A DNA stretch of 64,000 bases from contig JAIOPD010000106.1 of the NCBI GenBank assembly GCA_021414115.1, positions 24,147-88,146 on the forward strand. Reading direction: 5' to 3'. This document shows, in pieces, positions 1 to 9,763 of the stretch. The position numbers and the translations under genes are program-made. The notes beneath the pieces are model-generated. The model worked only from the letters and a program-made list of their open reading frames with translations. It did no database searches and was not told the DNA's origin. Within the stretch, counting starts at the first letter, position 1. Every line of letters begins with the position of its first letter. This DNA is from Planctomycetia bacterium. Lineage in GTDB: Bacteria > Planctomycetota > Planctomycetia > Pirellulales > UBA1268.

Positions 1-192
1 GAAACACTCTTCCGGGCGGCACGCGGAGAGACTCCACCCCCAGTGGTGGCGCTCTCGTGCGGGAAACCCGGAACGGGTCGGCCGGCATTCCCTCCCGTCA
101 CCGCCGCCCAATACGCAGGGACAACGGGATCGATCGGGCTTGCGCTGCCGGCAAACTTCCCTCAACAGATCGATCTTTCCCGACCCAAAAAC

Positions 193-378
193 TCACTCGT
201 CGCGAAGATCGTCGGATTGTTCCGATCGCAATGGTGGCGCGGCCGCGTCGTCGGCAGGCATGCCCATCGGGCCGCCTTCGCAGCAGGTTTCGAGGATCGC
301 CCCGCACTGGCGGCAGATGAGTTTGGCCCGGATCTCGTGGGTGTCACCGGCGCAGATCGGACAGCGGCAGAAACTCAT
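193..378 (-). CDS. small zinc-ribbon-like protein (61 aa) with acidic C-terminal tail
   Basis: Inner ATG (cat at 376-378) of track ORF 193..507(-). MSFCRCPICAGDTHEIRAKLICRQCG carries two CxxC pairs (CPIC, CRQC). The upstream part of the track ORF runs into the repeat element and was trimmed. No family recognised. Confidence 0.4.
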   Translation of the reverse strand: MSFCRCPICAGDTHEIRAKLICRQCGAILETCCEGGPMGMPADDAAAPPLRSEQSDDLRDE

Positions 379-389
379 AGCCGCGAGCA

Positions 390-628
390 TAGAGCGCATC
401 CGACTTTGGTGGAACGCCTGACGGGTGCCCGCGTGGTGGGTCGGGGCTGCCCGTGCCCTGAGAGCCGGACGCTCGCTTCGGGCATCCTTGCCCTCCGCTC
501 TCTGCACGCCGGCTGCGCTGCGCCATCCTGGCTTCGCGGGCCGCCGAGCCCGGCTCTCAGGGCACGGGCAGCCCCTCGCGGGTGTTCGTTGCTGGGGAAG
601 CCCGAAGCCGGAGGGACCCGCGAGCCAT
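390..628. repeat. Copy 1 of a structured intergenic repeat family: perfect 26-bp inverted arms 443-468 / 550-575 around an 81-nt loop, plus conserved flanks
   Basis: Shares four modules with the copies at 40019-40224 and 58511-58826: head TAGAGCGCATCCGAC(T/G)TTGGTGGA, arm GGGGCTGCCCGTGCCC..GAG.GCCGG, core CTGCGCT.CG.CATCCTG and tail GTTGC.GGGGAAGCCCG. Lies between the lutC stop (638) and the small ORF start (378). Confidence 0.8.
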
Positions 629-637
629 CGCCGAACA

Positions 638-1369
638 TCACCCGACGAGGATCACGAAGAGTTCCTTCGGGCCGTGGGCGCCAAGCACGAGAATCCGCTC
701 GATATCGCCGGTGCGGCTCGGACCGGTGATGAACGAGAGCATGCTCGGCATTCTCCCGGCGTGCTTCGTCCGAATCGCGTCGAGGGCGTCGCCGAGCGTG
801 GCCACGATCTGGTCGAGCGTGACGATCACGATATGGACATGCGGCAGGATCGAGAGCGCCCGACCGCCGCAGCTCGCACTCGACACCAGGATCGAGCCGG
901 TCTGGGCGATCGCCGCATCACAGGCCGTGATCCCGGCGTCGCAGGCCTCGAGGGCATCCTTGTCGAAGCTGGTGGAATCAAGGCGGTAGGAGTCGCAGCC
1001 AAGGGTCGCGGCCACGGGCTCGACGGCGGGGTGGGTATGCCAGGCCACCCGCTTCCAGCCCCGCTCACGGACGAGCGCCGCCACCTGCGCGGCGGCGGCG
1101 GTCAGATCCGCCGCCCGTTGAACTTCTGCCCGGAGTTTTCCGAGATTCTCGGTGAGGATCGCCAGTCGCTCCTCCGCGGTCTCGCCCCCGTCCGGGAGCC
1201 ACGGCCGCGCCACCTCCACCGGAAGAATCGTGAGGCTGTCCGGCCCGGCGGGTGCCGCCGCCACGGCCGCATGCGACTTCATGTGCGGCAGCGGCGCCGG
1301 AACACGGAGCGCCTCGCGAACCCGCGCGAGGATCGTGTCACGAGCCGTGGTGTCACCGCCTGCCGTCAT
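638..1369 (-). CDS. lutC: lactate utilization protein C (LUD domain, YkgG-like)
   Basis: Track ORF 638..1813(-) trimmed to ATG at 1369 (MTAGGDTTARDTILARV...), which overlaps the lutB stop by 4 nt. Third gene of a lutA-lutB-lutC arrangement. C-terminal ...SFITGPSRTGDIERILVLGAHGP is typical of LUD-domain proteins. Confidence 0.85.
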   Translation of the reverse strand: MTAGGDTTARDTILARVREALRVPAPLPHMKSHAAVAAAPAGPDSLTILPVEVARPWLPDGGETAEERLAILTENLGKLRAEVQRAADLTAAAAQVAALVRERGWKRVAWHTHPAVEPVAATLGCDSYRLDSTSFDKDALEACDAGITACDAAIAQTGSILVSSASCGGRALSILPHVHIVIVTLDQIVATLGDALDAIRTKHAGRMPSMLSFITGPSRTGDIERILVLGAHGPKELFVILVG

Positions 1370-2799
1370 GACCGCGCTCTCCACTGGCTGCGAAAACTTC
1401 GCGCCGGAGCGGCGGGCAGATCCCGCGTGGCCAGCCAGTCGCGGAGGAGCGGCGGGCGGAGTTTCTTCAGGAGCCAGAGCGACTTGCGAAACATCGCGCC
1501 GCCGGCCGCGAAGAGCCAGGGCCGGCTCGCCACCATCACGAACATCCGGTGCCCCAGCCGCTCGAGGCGGCTCGGCGACGTGGCAGCGGCGTTGCGGCGG
1601 TTGTGCAGGAGGTGGTGGTGGATGTCGATCCGCACCGGGCAGGCGTCGGTGCAGGCGCCGCAGAGGGAACTCGCTCCCGAGAGATGATTCCAGTCGGCCA
1701 GACCCCGCAGGTGCGGCGTGATTACCGAGCCGATCGGGCCCTGGTAGGTGGTGCCGTAGGTGAAGCCGCCCACGTTCTTGAAGATCGGACAGACGTTCAA
1801 GCACGCGCCGCAACGGATGCAGTGGAGGCTGTCCCGCTGCTCGGGATCGGCGAGGATCGCCGTCCGCGAGTTGTCGAGCAGCACGAGGTGCATCTCCTCG
1901 GGCCCGTCACACTCGCCCGGTCGTCGCGGGCCGGCGTAGAGCGTGTTGTAGCAGGTCATCGGCTGGCCGGCCCCGGCGGTGGCGAGCATCGGCAGAAGTA
2001 CGGCGAGATCGTCGAGATGCTCGACCACCTTCTCTATTCCCGAGATCGCAATGTGCACCCGCGGCAACGCCGCGGTCAGCCGGGCATTGCCCTCGTTCTC
2101 GGTGATCGAGATCTGGCCCGTCTCGGCGACCAAGAAGTTGGCCCCCGTGATCCCGACGTCGGCATCGACGTAGAGCCGGCGCATGTGCCGCCGGGCGATC
2201 ATCGTGAGCTCTTCGGGGCTGTCGGTCGGCGGCGTGCCGAGATGCTTGCCGAAGAGGTCGCTGATCTCCTCGCGACGGACGTGCATGCAGGGGAAGACAA
2301 AGTGATACGGCGGCTCGCCCCGGAGCTGCTGGATGAACTCGCCGAGGTCGCTCTCGACGACGCCGTAGCCGTCCTGCTCCAGGGCGGCGTTCAAGTGAAT
2401 CTCCTCGCTCGTCATGCACTTGCTCTTGATGACGGCCTTCGCCTTCGCGTCACGCAACAGCTCGAGGATGATCGTGCGGGCCTCGTCGGCGGTGCGGGCC
2501 CAGTGCACCCTGCCGCCGTTGGCCTCGAAGTTGGCCACGAACGTCGGGAGCAGCTCGTCGAGCCGGTTCACGGCCGACCACTTGGCGAGGCTGGCGGCAT
2601 CCCGGGCCTGCTCCCAGTCGCGAAAGCGGGCCTTCTGCGCGTCGCGACTGGTGTAGTAGCCGCCGAGGGCCTTGCGGACGAACGCCCGATGGCCCGTGTC
2701 GCGGACATGCTCCGCGGCATCGTGCAGGAACTTTTTCTTGGCGAGCCTGGGAGTCTCGGCCTCGAACGCGTGGGGTGTGGTGTCGGCGCCGGGCGTCAT
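1366..2799 (-). CDS. lutB: lactate utilization protein B (4Fe-4S iron-sulfur protein, YkgF-like)
   Basis: Track ORF 1366..3030(-) trimmed to ATG at 2799 (MTPGADTT...), a 4-nt overlap with the lutA stop. Two ferredoxin-type clusters are present: CIRCGACLNVCP and CGACTDACP. Confidence 0.9.
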   Translation of the reverse strand: MTPGADTTPHAFEAETPRLAKKKFLHDAAEHVRDTGHRAFVRKALGGYYTSRDAQKARFRDWEQARDAASLAKWSAVNRLDELLPTFVANFEANGGRVHWARTADEARTIILELLRDAKAKAVIKSKCMTSEEIHLNAALEQDGYGVVESDLGEFIQQLRGEPPYHFVFPCMHVRREEISDLFGKHLGTPPTDSPEELTMIARRHMRRLYVDADVGITGANFLVAETGQISITENEGNARLTAALPRVHIAISGIEKVVEHLDDLAVLLPMLATAGAGQPMTCYNTLYAGPRRPGECDGPEEMHLVLLDNSRTAILADPEQRDSLHCIRCGACLNVCPIFKNVGGFTYGTTYQGPIGSVITPHLRGLADWNHLSGASSLCGACTDACPVRIDIHHHLLHNRRNAAATSPSRLERLGHRMFVMVASRPWLFAAGGAMFRKSLWLLKKLRPPLLRDWLATRDLPAAPARSFRSQWRARS

Positions 2800-3518
2800 G
2801 CGTCGGCTCCCACAAGCACCTCGGCCAGATGGATCGTCCGGGGCTTCTTGCCGTGGCGCGAGAGCCAGCCGTCGAGCTGCAGCTGGCACGACGGATCGCT
2901 CGAGACGATGTAGTCGCACTCGGTGCGGGCGAGCGAGCCGCCCTTCACCTCGGCCATGGCGGTCGAGATCATCGGGTATTTGACACTGAAGAGCCCGCCG
3001 AAGCCGCAGCAGCTCTCCGGCTCGTCGCACTCCACGAGCTCGAGATCGCGGACGGCCCGGAGCAACTGCCGCGGCGCGTCCTTGATGCGGAGCTCACGCA
3101 GACCGTGGCAGCCGTCGTGATAGGTGACCTTGTGGGGGAAGCGGGCCCCGACGTCGGTCACGCCGAGCTTGTCGACCAGGAACTCGCCGAACTCGAACGT
3201 CCGGGCGGCGAGATCGAGGGCGGCCGTTTCATGGGGCGTGCCGGTGAGAAGCTGCGGATAGAAGACCCGCATCATCGCCACGCAAGAGCCGCTGGGGCCC
3301 ACGACCGCCTCGGCGCCCGCGAACACCTCGACCGCCCGGATCGCCACGGCGCGGGCCTCGTCCCAATAGCCCGCGTTGAAACTGGGCTGGCCGCAGCAGG
3401 TCTGGGCCGGGCGAAACTCGCAGGAATGGCCGAGCCGTTCGAGCACGCGGGCCACGGCGAGACCGACCCGGGGGGTCATCTGATCGACGAAGCACGGAAT
3501 GAAGAGGCTGACGTTCAT
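2796..3518 (-). CDS. lutA: lactate utilization protein A (Fe-S oxidoreductase with CCG domains, YkgE-like)
   Basis: Trimmed to ATG at 3518 (MNVSLFIPCFVDQ...). CCG motifs QTCCGQPSFNAG and ESCCGFGGLFSVKYP. Confidence 0.9.
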   Translation of the reverse strand: MNVSLFIPCFVDQMTPRVGLAVARVLERLGHSCEFRPAQTCCGQPSFNAGYWDEARAVAIRAVEVFAGAEAVVGPSGSCVAMMRVFYPQLLTGTPHETAALDLAARTFEFGEFLVDKLGVTDVGARFPHKVTYHDGCHGLRELRIKDAPRQLLRAVRDLELVECDEPESCCGFGGLFSVKYPMISTAMAEVKGGSLARTECDYIVSSDPSCQLQLDGWLSRHGKKPRTIHLAEVLVGADA

Positions 3519-3626
3519 ACCGAACGTTAGTGTAGCCGCCCAGCAACCCCCGGGCAGCGGCCACATTCCGTCGCGCTGCCGCTCGCTTTCAGCCAGCGGT
3601 GGCCCGTGAGCCAGATGACCGCGGGA

Positions 3627-5666
3627 TCAGCTGCGGATGCCGACAACGCGCGACCAGGCGAGTTCGGACGGCCAGGTGCCGAACTGCGTGTTGGTGAAGG
3701 TGGATCCGGTGCTGCCGAGCACCCGCCAGATGCCGCTGGTGCCGTTGCGGACGGCGATGTCGCTCTTGCCGTCGCCGTTGAAGTCACCGACGGTGGCGAA
3801 CTGCCAAGGGACGGTGGTTCGCAGCACACCCCAGGTCGAGGTGATGAAGGAGGTGCCGGTGCTCAGCGAGACCCACCAGGCCCCGTCACTCGTCCGCTGG
3901 CCGGCGAGATCGGCGCGGCCGTCGGCGTTGAAGTCGCCGCTGACCACGTTCTGCCACGGCATGTCGCTCGGCCAAGTGCCGAACGAGGATTTGGTGAAGG
4001 TGGATCCCGTGCTGGCGAGGATCCACCAGATGCCGCTGGTGCCGTTGCGGACGGCGACGTCGCTCTTGCCGTCACCGTTGAAGTCGCCGGCCGTGGCGAA
4101 CTGCCAGGCGACGTTGGTGCGGAGAACTGCCCAGCTGGAGGTCGTGAAGGCGGAGCCGGTGCTCAGCGAGACCCACCATGCCCCGTCACTTGTCCGCTGG
4201 CCGACCAGGTCGGTCCGGCCATCGGCGTTGAAGTCGCCGCCGACCACGTTCTGCCAGGGTGTGCTCGACGACCAGGTGCCGAACTGGGAGGCGGTGAATG
4301 CGGAGCCGGTGCTGGTGAGAACACGCCAGATCCCGCTCGTGGCATTGCGGATGGCGATATCAGCCCGGCCATCAGCATTGAAGTCGCCGACGGTCGGGAA
4401 CTGCCAGGTGACGTCGGTCCGCTGGGTCGCCCAGAGCGTGGGCGCCGCTGCCGGGCCGGATGCCGGCGTCAGCGTCACCCACCAGCCACCGTTGGCGGCC
4501 CGCGTCGCCACATCGCCCCGGCCATCGCCATTGAAGTCGCCGGCCAGAGTGTCGACCCACGTGGTGCCTGCCGGGAGTGTGGCGAGCGGGGCGGTCGCGA
4601 AGGCGGTGCCCGTCGAGCGGCCGATGACCAGCGAGTCGCCGGCAAGCCCGACGATCGCATTGGGGACGACGGCGGGCGACGCCACCGTCACCGTGAAGGC
4701 ATCCTCGACGAATCGGGCGGCATCGAACACGCTCGTCGCACGAACCGTGACGGTTCCAGTGCCCACCGCCCCCGGGGCATAGACCAGCTGGAGACTGCCA
4801 TCGGCTTGAATCGTGGGCGTGACGAGCGCCGGCGAGTTGGTCGCCACGGAGTAGAGAAGTTCGCCCACGCGGGCGATCGTCGGAAACTTCACGAACTGAT
4901 TGGAAGTGAGCGCGGCGATTTCGACCGGGGCGTTCACGAACGACGGATCCTGGCTCGGATTCGCCCCCGGCACGTCACGCAGCGGGATGCTGTCGTAGGG
5001 CGACGCATAGCCGAACCGCGGCACGGCGGCGATGGCATCGACCGCGGCCATGCCGCCGCCCAGCACCCGGCCGAACGCCGTGAAGCCGCCGTTTTGAGTA
5101 TCGAGCTGGGGCCCCAGAGACTGCGTGGCGTTGGTGTCGGAGAGGTTGAAGAACCACTGGTTGGTGGCGCTGTTGGGATTGGTCCCGAGTTTCGCCATCG
5201 CGATCGTGCCGCGGACGTTGGTGTTGCCCGGCTCGTTCACCACCGCTGCAAACTGCGTGACGTTATCGATCGAGATTGGGCTGCCGCCGGTGACCGTGAA
5301 GCCGCCCCCCTGCACCACGAAGCCGGGAATGGAGCGGTGGATGAACGTGTTGGTGTAGTGGCCGCCGTCCACGTAGGAGAGGAAGTTGGCGACGGTGGCA
5401 GGCGTGGTCCGCGTGCGGTCGGCGCCCGGGGCGTCGAAGAGTTCGACGAACACCTTTTGATACGGCGACGGCGAGTTGACGTCGAACCGCACGACCGTGC
5501 CGGTGACGTCGGTGTCGTCGTAGCGGTTGGCCAGCGAGATGATCGCCGGGCCGGCGTTCGGCGCGGCCGTGACGTCGGGCAGGGCGGCGACCACGTCGAC
5601 GGCCAGCGCGCGGCGGTTCTCGAGCCGTTCGATCCGCCCGAAAAGCGTCCGCTTCCGCTTCATCAT
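3627..5666 (-). CDS. secreted cyclophilin-type peptidyl-prolyl isomerase fused to six FG-GAP/VCBS-like repeats
   Basis: N-terminus is [23 protein letters not shown]. Cyclophilin core: [15 protein letters not shown]...GTIAMAK...NQWFFNL...FGRV. Six GDFN(G/A)DG(R/K)xD repeats follow in the C-terminal 300 aa. Confidence 0.85.
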   Translation of the reverse strand: MMKRKRTLFGRIERLENRRALAVDVVAALPDVTAAPNAGPAIISLANRYDDTDVTGTVVRFDVNSPSPYQKVFVELFDAPGADRTRTTPATVANFLSYVDGGHYTNTFIHRSIPGFVVQGGGFTVTGGSPISIDNVTQFAAVVNEPGNTNVRGTIAMAKLGTNPNSATNQWFFNLSDTNATQSLGPQLDTQNGGFTAFGRVLGGGMAAVDAIAAVPRFGYASPYDSIPLRDVPGANPSQDPSFVNAPVEIAALTSNQFVKFPTIARVGELLYSVATNSPALVTPTIQADGSLQLVYAPGAVGTGTVTVRATSVFDAARFVEDAFTVTVASPAVVPNAIVGLAGDSLVIGRSTGTAFATAPLATLPAGTTWVDTLAGDFNGDGRGDVATRAANGGWWVTLTPASGPAAAPTLWATQRTDVTWQFPTVGDFNADGRADIAIRNATSGIWRVLTSTGSAFTASQFGTWSSSTPWQNVVGGDFNADGRTDLVGQRTSDGAWWVSLSTGSAFTTSSWAVLRTNVAWQFATAGDFNGDGKSDVAVRNGTSGIWWILASTGSTFTKSSFGTWPSDMPWQNVVSGDFNADGRADLAGQRTSDGAWWVSLSTGTSFITSTWGVLRTTVPWQFATVGDFNGDGKSDIAVRNGTSGIWRVLGSTGSTFTNTQFGTWPSELAWSRVVGIRS
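3687..4286 (-). repeat. two tandem 300-bp units (each encoding two FG-GAP repeats) inside the PPIase gene, with a more diverged unit at 4287-4544
   Basis: Residues 461-560 and 561-660 align without gaps and are roughly four-fifths identical by eye ([26 protein letters not shown]... vs [26 protein letters not shown]...). The same periodicity shows in antisense track ORF 3637..4782. Confidence 0.7.
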
Positions 5667-5768
5667 CGCCCCGCGCTTCCTGACCTGGCCCGCTCGCGAA
5701 TTATCGCATCTGGTCGCGACGGAACAAAGGTCGTACGCACGCCGGGGTGGGCGGGTTCGATTTCGGGG

Positions 5769-6650
5769 TCAGGAGCGGCTTTTTTCCACGGCTCGGACGA
5801 GCGCCGCCCCCATGTCGGCGGGGCTCTCGGCGACCTCGATGCCGGCATCCCGGAGGGCCTCGAGCTTCGCCTCGGCCGTCCCCTTGCCGCCGGAGATGAT
5901 CGCCCCGGCATGGCCCATCCGCTTGCCCGGCGGCGCGGTCTGGCCGGCGATGAACGCGGCCACGGGCTTGGTCACATGGTGCTTCACGTAGTCGGCCGCC
6001 TCCTCCTCGGCCGAGCCACCGATTTCGCCCATCATCAGGATCGCGTGGGTGTCGGGGTCGGCCTGGAAGAGGGCGAGAATGTCGATGAAGCTCGAGCCCA
6101 CGAGCGGATCGCCGCCGAGGCCCACGCAGGTGCTCTGGCCGTGACCGAGTTGCGTGAGCTGCCAGACGGCCTCGTAGGTGAGCGTGCCCGAGCGGCTCAT
6201 CACGCCCACGTGGCCGGGAGTATGGATGTAGCCGGGCATGATCCCGATCTTGCACTGGCCCGGCGTGATCACGCCCGGGCAGTTGGGCCCGATCAGGCGG
6301 CTCTTCGAGGCATGCACGACCGGCATCACCCGGGCCATGTCCATCACCGGAATGCCCTCGGTGATCGCGATCACCAGTTCGATGCCGGCAGCGACCGCCT
6401 CGAGGATCGCGTCGGCGGCGAAGGCCGGGGGCACGAAGATCATCGTGGCATTCGCGCCGGTGGCGTCGCGGGCCTCGGCGACGGTGTTGAACACGGGCAG
6501 GTCGGCGATCGTCTCGCCCCCCTTGCCCGGCGTGACGCCGCCCACCATCCGGGTGCCGTAGGCGAGGCAGCCGCGGGTGTGAAACTCACCGACCTTGCCG
6601 GTGATGCCCTGACAGATGACCCGCGTGTCGCGGTTGACGAGGATGCTCAT
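5769..6650 (-). CDS. sucD: succinyl-CoA synthetase alpha subunit
   Basis: [21 protein letters not shown]... and the phosphohistidine loop [13 protein letters not shown]. Sits 16 nt downstream of sucC. Confidence 0.95.
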   Translation of the reverse strand: MSILVNRDTRVICQGITGKVGEFHTRGCLAYGTRMVGGVTPGKGGETIADLPVFNTVAEARDATGANATMIFVPPAFAADAILEAVAAGIELVIAITEGIPVMDMARVMPVVHASKSRLIGPNCPGVITPGQCKIGIMPGYIHTPGHVGVMSRSGTLTYEAVWQLTQLGHGQSTCVGLGGDPLVGSSFIDILALFQADPDTHAILMMGEIGGSAEEEAADYVKHHVTKPVAAFIAGQTAPPGKRMGHAGAIISGGKGTAEAKLEALRDAGIEVAESPADMGAALVRAVEKSRS

Positions 6651-6666
6651 GAGTGGGTGTCCGTAT

Positions 6667-7851
6667 TCAGGCCTTGCTCGCGGCGACGACCTTCTGGGCG
6701 GCGTCGGTGAGCCCGTCGGCGGTGATGATTTTTGCCCCGCTCGCAGCGAGGATCTTCTTGCCTTCCTCGACCTCGGTTCCTTCGAGCCGCACGACCAGCG
6801 GCACCGTGAAGCCGACCGTCTTCGACGCCTCGACGAGCGCCGTGGCGATCGTCGTGCATCGCATGATGCCGCCGAAGATGTTGACCAGGATCGCCTTGAC
6901 GTGCGGGTCGGAGAGGATAATCCGGAAGGCTTCGGTGACGGCCTTCACGTCGGCACCGCCGCCCACGTCGAGGAAGTTGGCCGGCTCGCCGCCGTGATAC
7001 TTCACGAGGTCCATCGTGCTCATGGCGAGGCCGGCGCCATTCACGAGGCAGCCGATCGTGCCGCTGAGCTTCACGTAGGAGAGGCCCGCCGCCGCGGCCC
7101 GCGTCTCGGACGGATCCTCCTCGGCCTCGTCGCGGAGGGCCGCGAGGGCGGGGTGGCGAAAGAGCGCGTTGTCGTCGAACGTCATCTTGGCGTCGAGCGC
7201 GACGAGCGAGCCGTCCTTCGTGAGCACGAGCGGGTTGATCTCGAGGAGCGAGGCGTCGAGATCGACGAACGCCCGGCAGAGCCGGCGGAAAAACGTCTCG
7301 GCATGCCGCCAGCTTGCCGTGGGCAGGCCGAGCTTCGAGGCGAGCACGCGGGCCTGGTAGGCCCCGAGCCCGCGGTCGGGATCGAAGGGCTCGCTGAGGA
7401 TGAGCTCCGGTGTCTTGGCGGCCACCTCCTCGATGTCCATGCCGCCGGCGGTGCTCGCGATCAGCACGGGCGAACCCACGCGGCGGTCGACGAGCACGGC
7501 GCAGTAGAGCTCCCGCTCGATCGCACAGCCGCTCTCCACGAACACCTGCCGCACGACCTGCCCCTCGGGGCCGGTCTGGATCGTGACGAGCGTGTTGCCG
7601 AGCAGGCCCTTGGCAATGCGCTCAGCGTCGGGGGCACTCTTCGCCAGTTCGACGCCCCGCTGGTCGCCGCCCTGTACCTTGCCCTTGCCGCGGCCGCCCG
7701 CGTGAATCTGCGCCTTCACGGCACAGACCGGCGTGCCGAGCGCGGTGAATGCGGCAGCGGCCTCGGCGGGGCTGCGGGCGACGCGTCCGGCGAGCACGGG
7801 CACGCCGGCGGCCCGGAGGAGGTCCTTGGCCTGGAACTCGTGGATCTTCAT
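6667..7851 (-). CDS. sucC: succinyl-CoA synthetase beta subunit
   Basis: Track ORF 6667..8787(-) trimmed by 312 Arg/Pro-rich codons to ATG at 7851 ([19 protein letters not shown]...). ATP-grasp and ligase-CoA regions are readable throughout. Confidence 0.95.
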   Translation of the reverse strand: MKIHEFQAKDLLRAAGVPVLAGRVARSPAEAAAAFTALGTPVCAVKAQIHAGGRGKGKVQGGDQRGVELAKSAPDAERIAKGLLGNTLVTIQTGPEGQVVRQVFVESGCAIERELYCAVLVDRRVGSPVLIASTAGGMDIEEVAAKTPELILSEPFDPDRGLGAYQARVLASKLGLPTASWRHAETFFRRLCRAFVDLDASLLEINPLVLTKDGSLVALDAKMTFDDNALFRHPALAALRDEAEEDPSETRAAAAGLSYVKLSGTIGCLVNGAGLAMSTMDLVKYHGGEPANFLDVGGGADVKAVTEAFRIILSDPHVKAILVNIFGGIMRCTTIATALVEASKTVGFTVPLVVRLEGTEVEEGKKILAASGAKIITADGLTDAAQKVVAASKA

Positions 7852-7964
7852 CGCGGGGTGGCCTCGCGGGGCGGGCGGAAAGGCAATGGGGTTGGGCGAA
7901 TATCCCACGAAAGCCGCGACCCGCAACCCGGAGCGTCGCCGAGGCCCGGTGGAGGGCAAAAGCG

Positions 7965-9095
7965 TCAGCGGGCCGGCACTGCGGCGGCGGCCAGGGCGGC
8001 CCGCCATTGCTCCGGGCTGGTCGCCGCGAGCCGGTCGCGATGCCCGCGGGCGGCGGTGAGCGGGCAGGCCGCGAGGTAGCCGGCAACGGCCCGGCGGACG
8101 AGTGGGTCGTCGGCCCCCAGGGAATCCCAGAGCATCGCGACCCGATCGCAATCCTCCCAGCGGCCGTAGCGGGCAAGGTCGATCGCGCAGTCGGCGGCCA
8201 CGGCCGGATTCACGAGCAGATCGGCCGTCGCGGTCGCGACCAGCTGGCGAGGCACACGCTCCGCAAGACTTTCCCAGGCAAACCGCAGCGCCGCCAGCGC
8301 ATGCCGCGCGTCGCCGGGCCGTGTGTCGGCGGCGAACAGGCCCCTGCTCCGGAGGCGTTCGAGTCCTGCTCCGCCCTCGGCGACGAGCACTCCCGCGAGG
8401 ATCCCGTCGAAGCCGGCCCGCAGATCGTTTGCCGGCGCCACGACTGCCGCGTGGAGGGCGTCGAGGCATCGCCGCCGCACAGCGGCGTCGGCAGTGCGGT
8501 CGGCCACGATGCCCAGAGCCAGTCCAAAGAAGCCGCGGCGGCTTTGGTCGAGGTTCGGCTCCCGCACCCAGGCCGCCAGTCGCACGGGATCGAGCGCATC
8601 GGCGGCCTCTCGCACCGCGGCGAATGGCGCGAGGCCAAACTCCGTGAAGGCGTCGGCGGCGATCGCGGGATTCGGATGCTCGAGGCGGGATGCGAACCAG
8701 CGGAGCCTGCTGGCCGCCGGCTCTTCGACGGCGGGCGCCGCGGCGACGTGACCGATCAGCGCCTCGTCGGCGGCGATGGCTTCCCATGAGACCGTGGCAT
8801 CGTGCCGCGTGCCGAAGAGCAGGGCCGTGCCCTCGATGGCCGAGGGCACCCGGGCCGGGAGCATGCCCGCGGCGGGGTCGCCCGCGCCGCGCAGGACCAC
8901 CGCCATGGTGAAACGCTGGACGAGCAGGCCGTCGGGGTCGCGGGCTGCCGACGCTGCGGATTCACCCACGGCGACCATGTCGGCGGTGTCACGACGTTCG
9001 GCGAGCGACCGGCCCACCACGCCGCAGAACGGGCAGGCAAAAGTCGCCGCCATTCCGAGCCAGGCGGCGATCGTGAGCAGGCAGCGGATCGGCAT
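7965..9095 (-). CDS. secreted helical-repeat (HEAT/ARM-like) protein with a CPFC motif right after the signal peptide; paralog B
   Basis: Track ORF 7965..9725(-) trimmed to ATG at 9095 ([25 protein letters not shown]...), which overlaps the AIM24 stop by 1 nt (TGATG). Aligns along its length with the 13409-14917 protein, for example [14 protein letters not shown] vs DAYDEFAIAPYADV, and AGYLAACPL vs VNYLRACPL. Confidence 0.6.
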   Translation of the reverse strand: MPIRCLLTIAAWLGMAATFACPFCGVVGRSLAERRDTADMVAVGESAASAARDPDGLLVQRFTMAVVLRGAGDPAAGMLPARVPSAIEGTALLFGTRHDATVSWEAIAADEALIGHVAAAPAVEEPAASRLRWFASRLEHPNPAIAADAFTEFGLAPFAAVREAADALDPVRLAAWVREPNLDQSRRGFFGLALGIVADRTADAAVRRRCLDALHAAVVAPANDLRAGFDGILAGVLVAEGGAGLERLRSRGLFAADTRPGDARHALAALRFAWESLAERVPRQLVATATADLLVNPAVAADCAIDLARYGRWEDCDRVAMLWDSLGADDPLVRRAVAGYLAACPLTAARGHRDRLAATSPEQWRAALAAAAVPAR

Positions 9096-9763
9096 CAGCC
9101 TGCGGCCGCCGTGGCCGGGTCGGAGTTTAGTCGGGCCCGCCAGTAGGGCGTGGTGCAGAGGAGCAGTTTCCCGGTGCCGCGATAGCAGTAAGCGAGCTTC
9201 TGGCCCGACAACCAGTAGGCCAGCCACGACCGCGCGGGCCGGCGGACCGAGAGCGTGATGCCACTGGTGTGGGCGACGACATACGGCCCGTCGACGATCA
9301 CCTGGTCGTTCGTCAGTTCGACCTCTTCGACGGGGCCGGGGACCGAGAGCACCACCTGCCCCTCGCCCTTCAGCGCGGTCTTGTACCAGAAGAGTCCCTG
9401 GTCGGCCCAATACGCGGTCATGAATCGCTCCCGATGCACCGAGAGCTTCACCTCGCCGTCGCTCGCCCAGAAACACTTCATGTCGAGGATCCACCGCTCG
9501 CCCGGCCGGATCGGCATGATGTGGAAGCCGCCCAGCGAGGAATCGAGATACACCGTGCCCGTGCCGTGGTAGCGGGGCCGCAGCAGTGACTCGTCGGAGA
9601 ACAGCGACTCCCACCAGGCCTTGAGGCTCGGGAAGGGCACGTCCATCGTGATCGCGCCCTTGAAGTGGTTGAGCGCGCCCCGCTCCGCACGGACGTCGTC
9701 GTCGTCGAGTCCGACCTTCACCCACCGCATGCCCTCGGTGTGTTCAACCTCAAACGTCGCCAT
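9095..9763 (-). CDS. AIM24/DUF124 family protein
   Basis: Track ORF 9095..10408(-) trimmed to ATG at 9763 (MATFEVEHTEGMRWVKV...). Family-like segments: GTGTVYLDS..GGFHIMPIRPGERWIL, GEGQVVLSVPGPVEEVEL, YRGTGKLLLCT. Start lies 14 nt inside the upstream gene. Confidence 0.6.
   Translation of the reverse strand: MATFEVEHTEGMRWVKVGLDDDDVRAERGALNHFKGAITMDVPFPSLKAWWESLFSDESLLRPRYHGTGTVYLDSSLGGFHIMPIRPGERWILDMKCFWASDGEVKLSVHRERFMTAYWADQGLFWYKTALKGEGQVVLSVPGPVEEVELTNDQVIVDGPYVVAHTSGITLSVRRPARSWLAYWLSGQKLAYCYRGTGKLLLCTTPYWRARLNSDPATAAAG

Noticed and set aside
1-192. Apparently non-coding 192 nt at the window edge; checked for a cobalamin-type or other riboswitch and for a truncated gene
   Set aside because: The GGGAAACCCGGAAC segment does not fit the B12-box context. 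No frame gives a credible protein, and the window edge prevents further judgement.
3606-6710. 1034-aa plus-strand ORF spanning the PPIase and sucD regions
   Set aside because: The translation is Arg/Gly/Asp/Pro-rich with no motifs. The opposite strand encodes a clear cyclophilin/FG-GAP protein and SucD. This is a typical long shadow ORF of a GC-rich genome.
7852-8787. 312-codon N-terminal extension of sucC in the track ORF (and similar extensions on lutB, lutC, AIM24, the ABC ATPase, gap, MoxR, TolC and others)
   Set aside because: The extensions are low-complexity Arg/Pro/Gly sequence that crosses intergenic DNA or neighbouring genes. The conserved N-termini begin at internal ATG/GTG codons, which also produce short intergenic gaps or start/stop overlaps.
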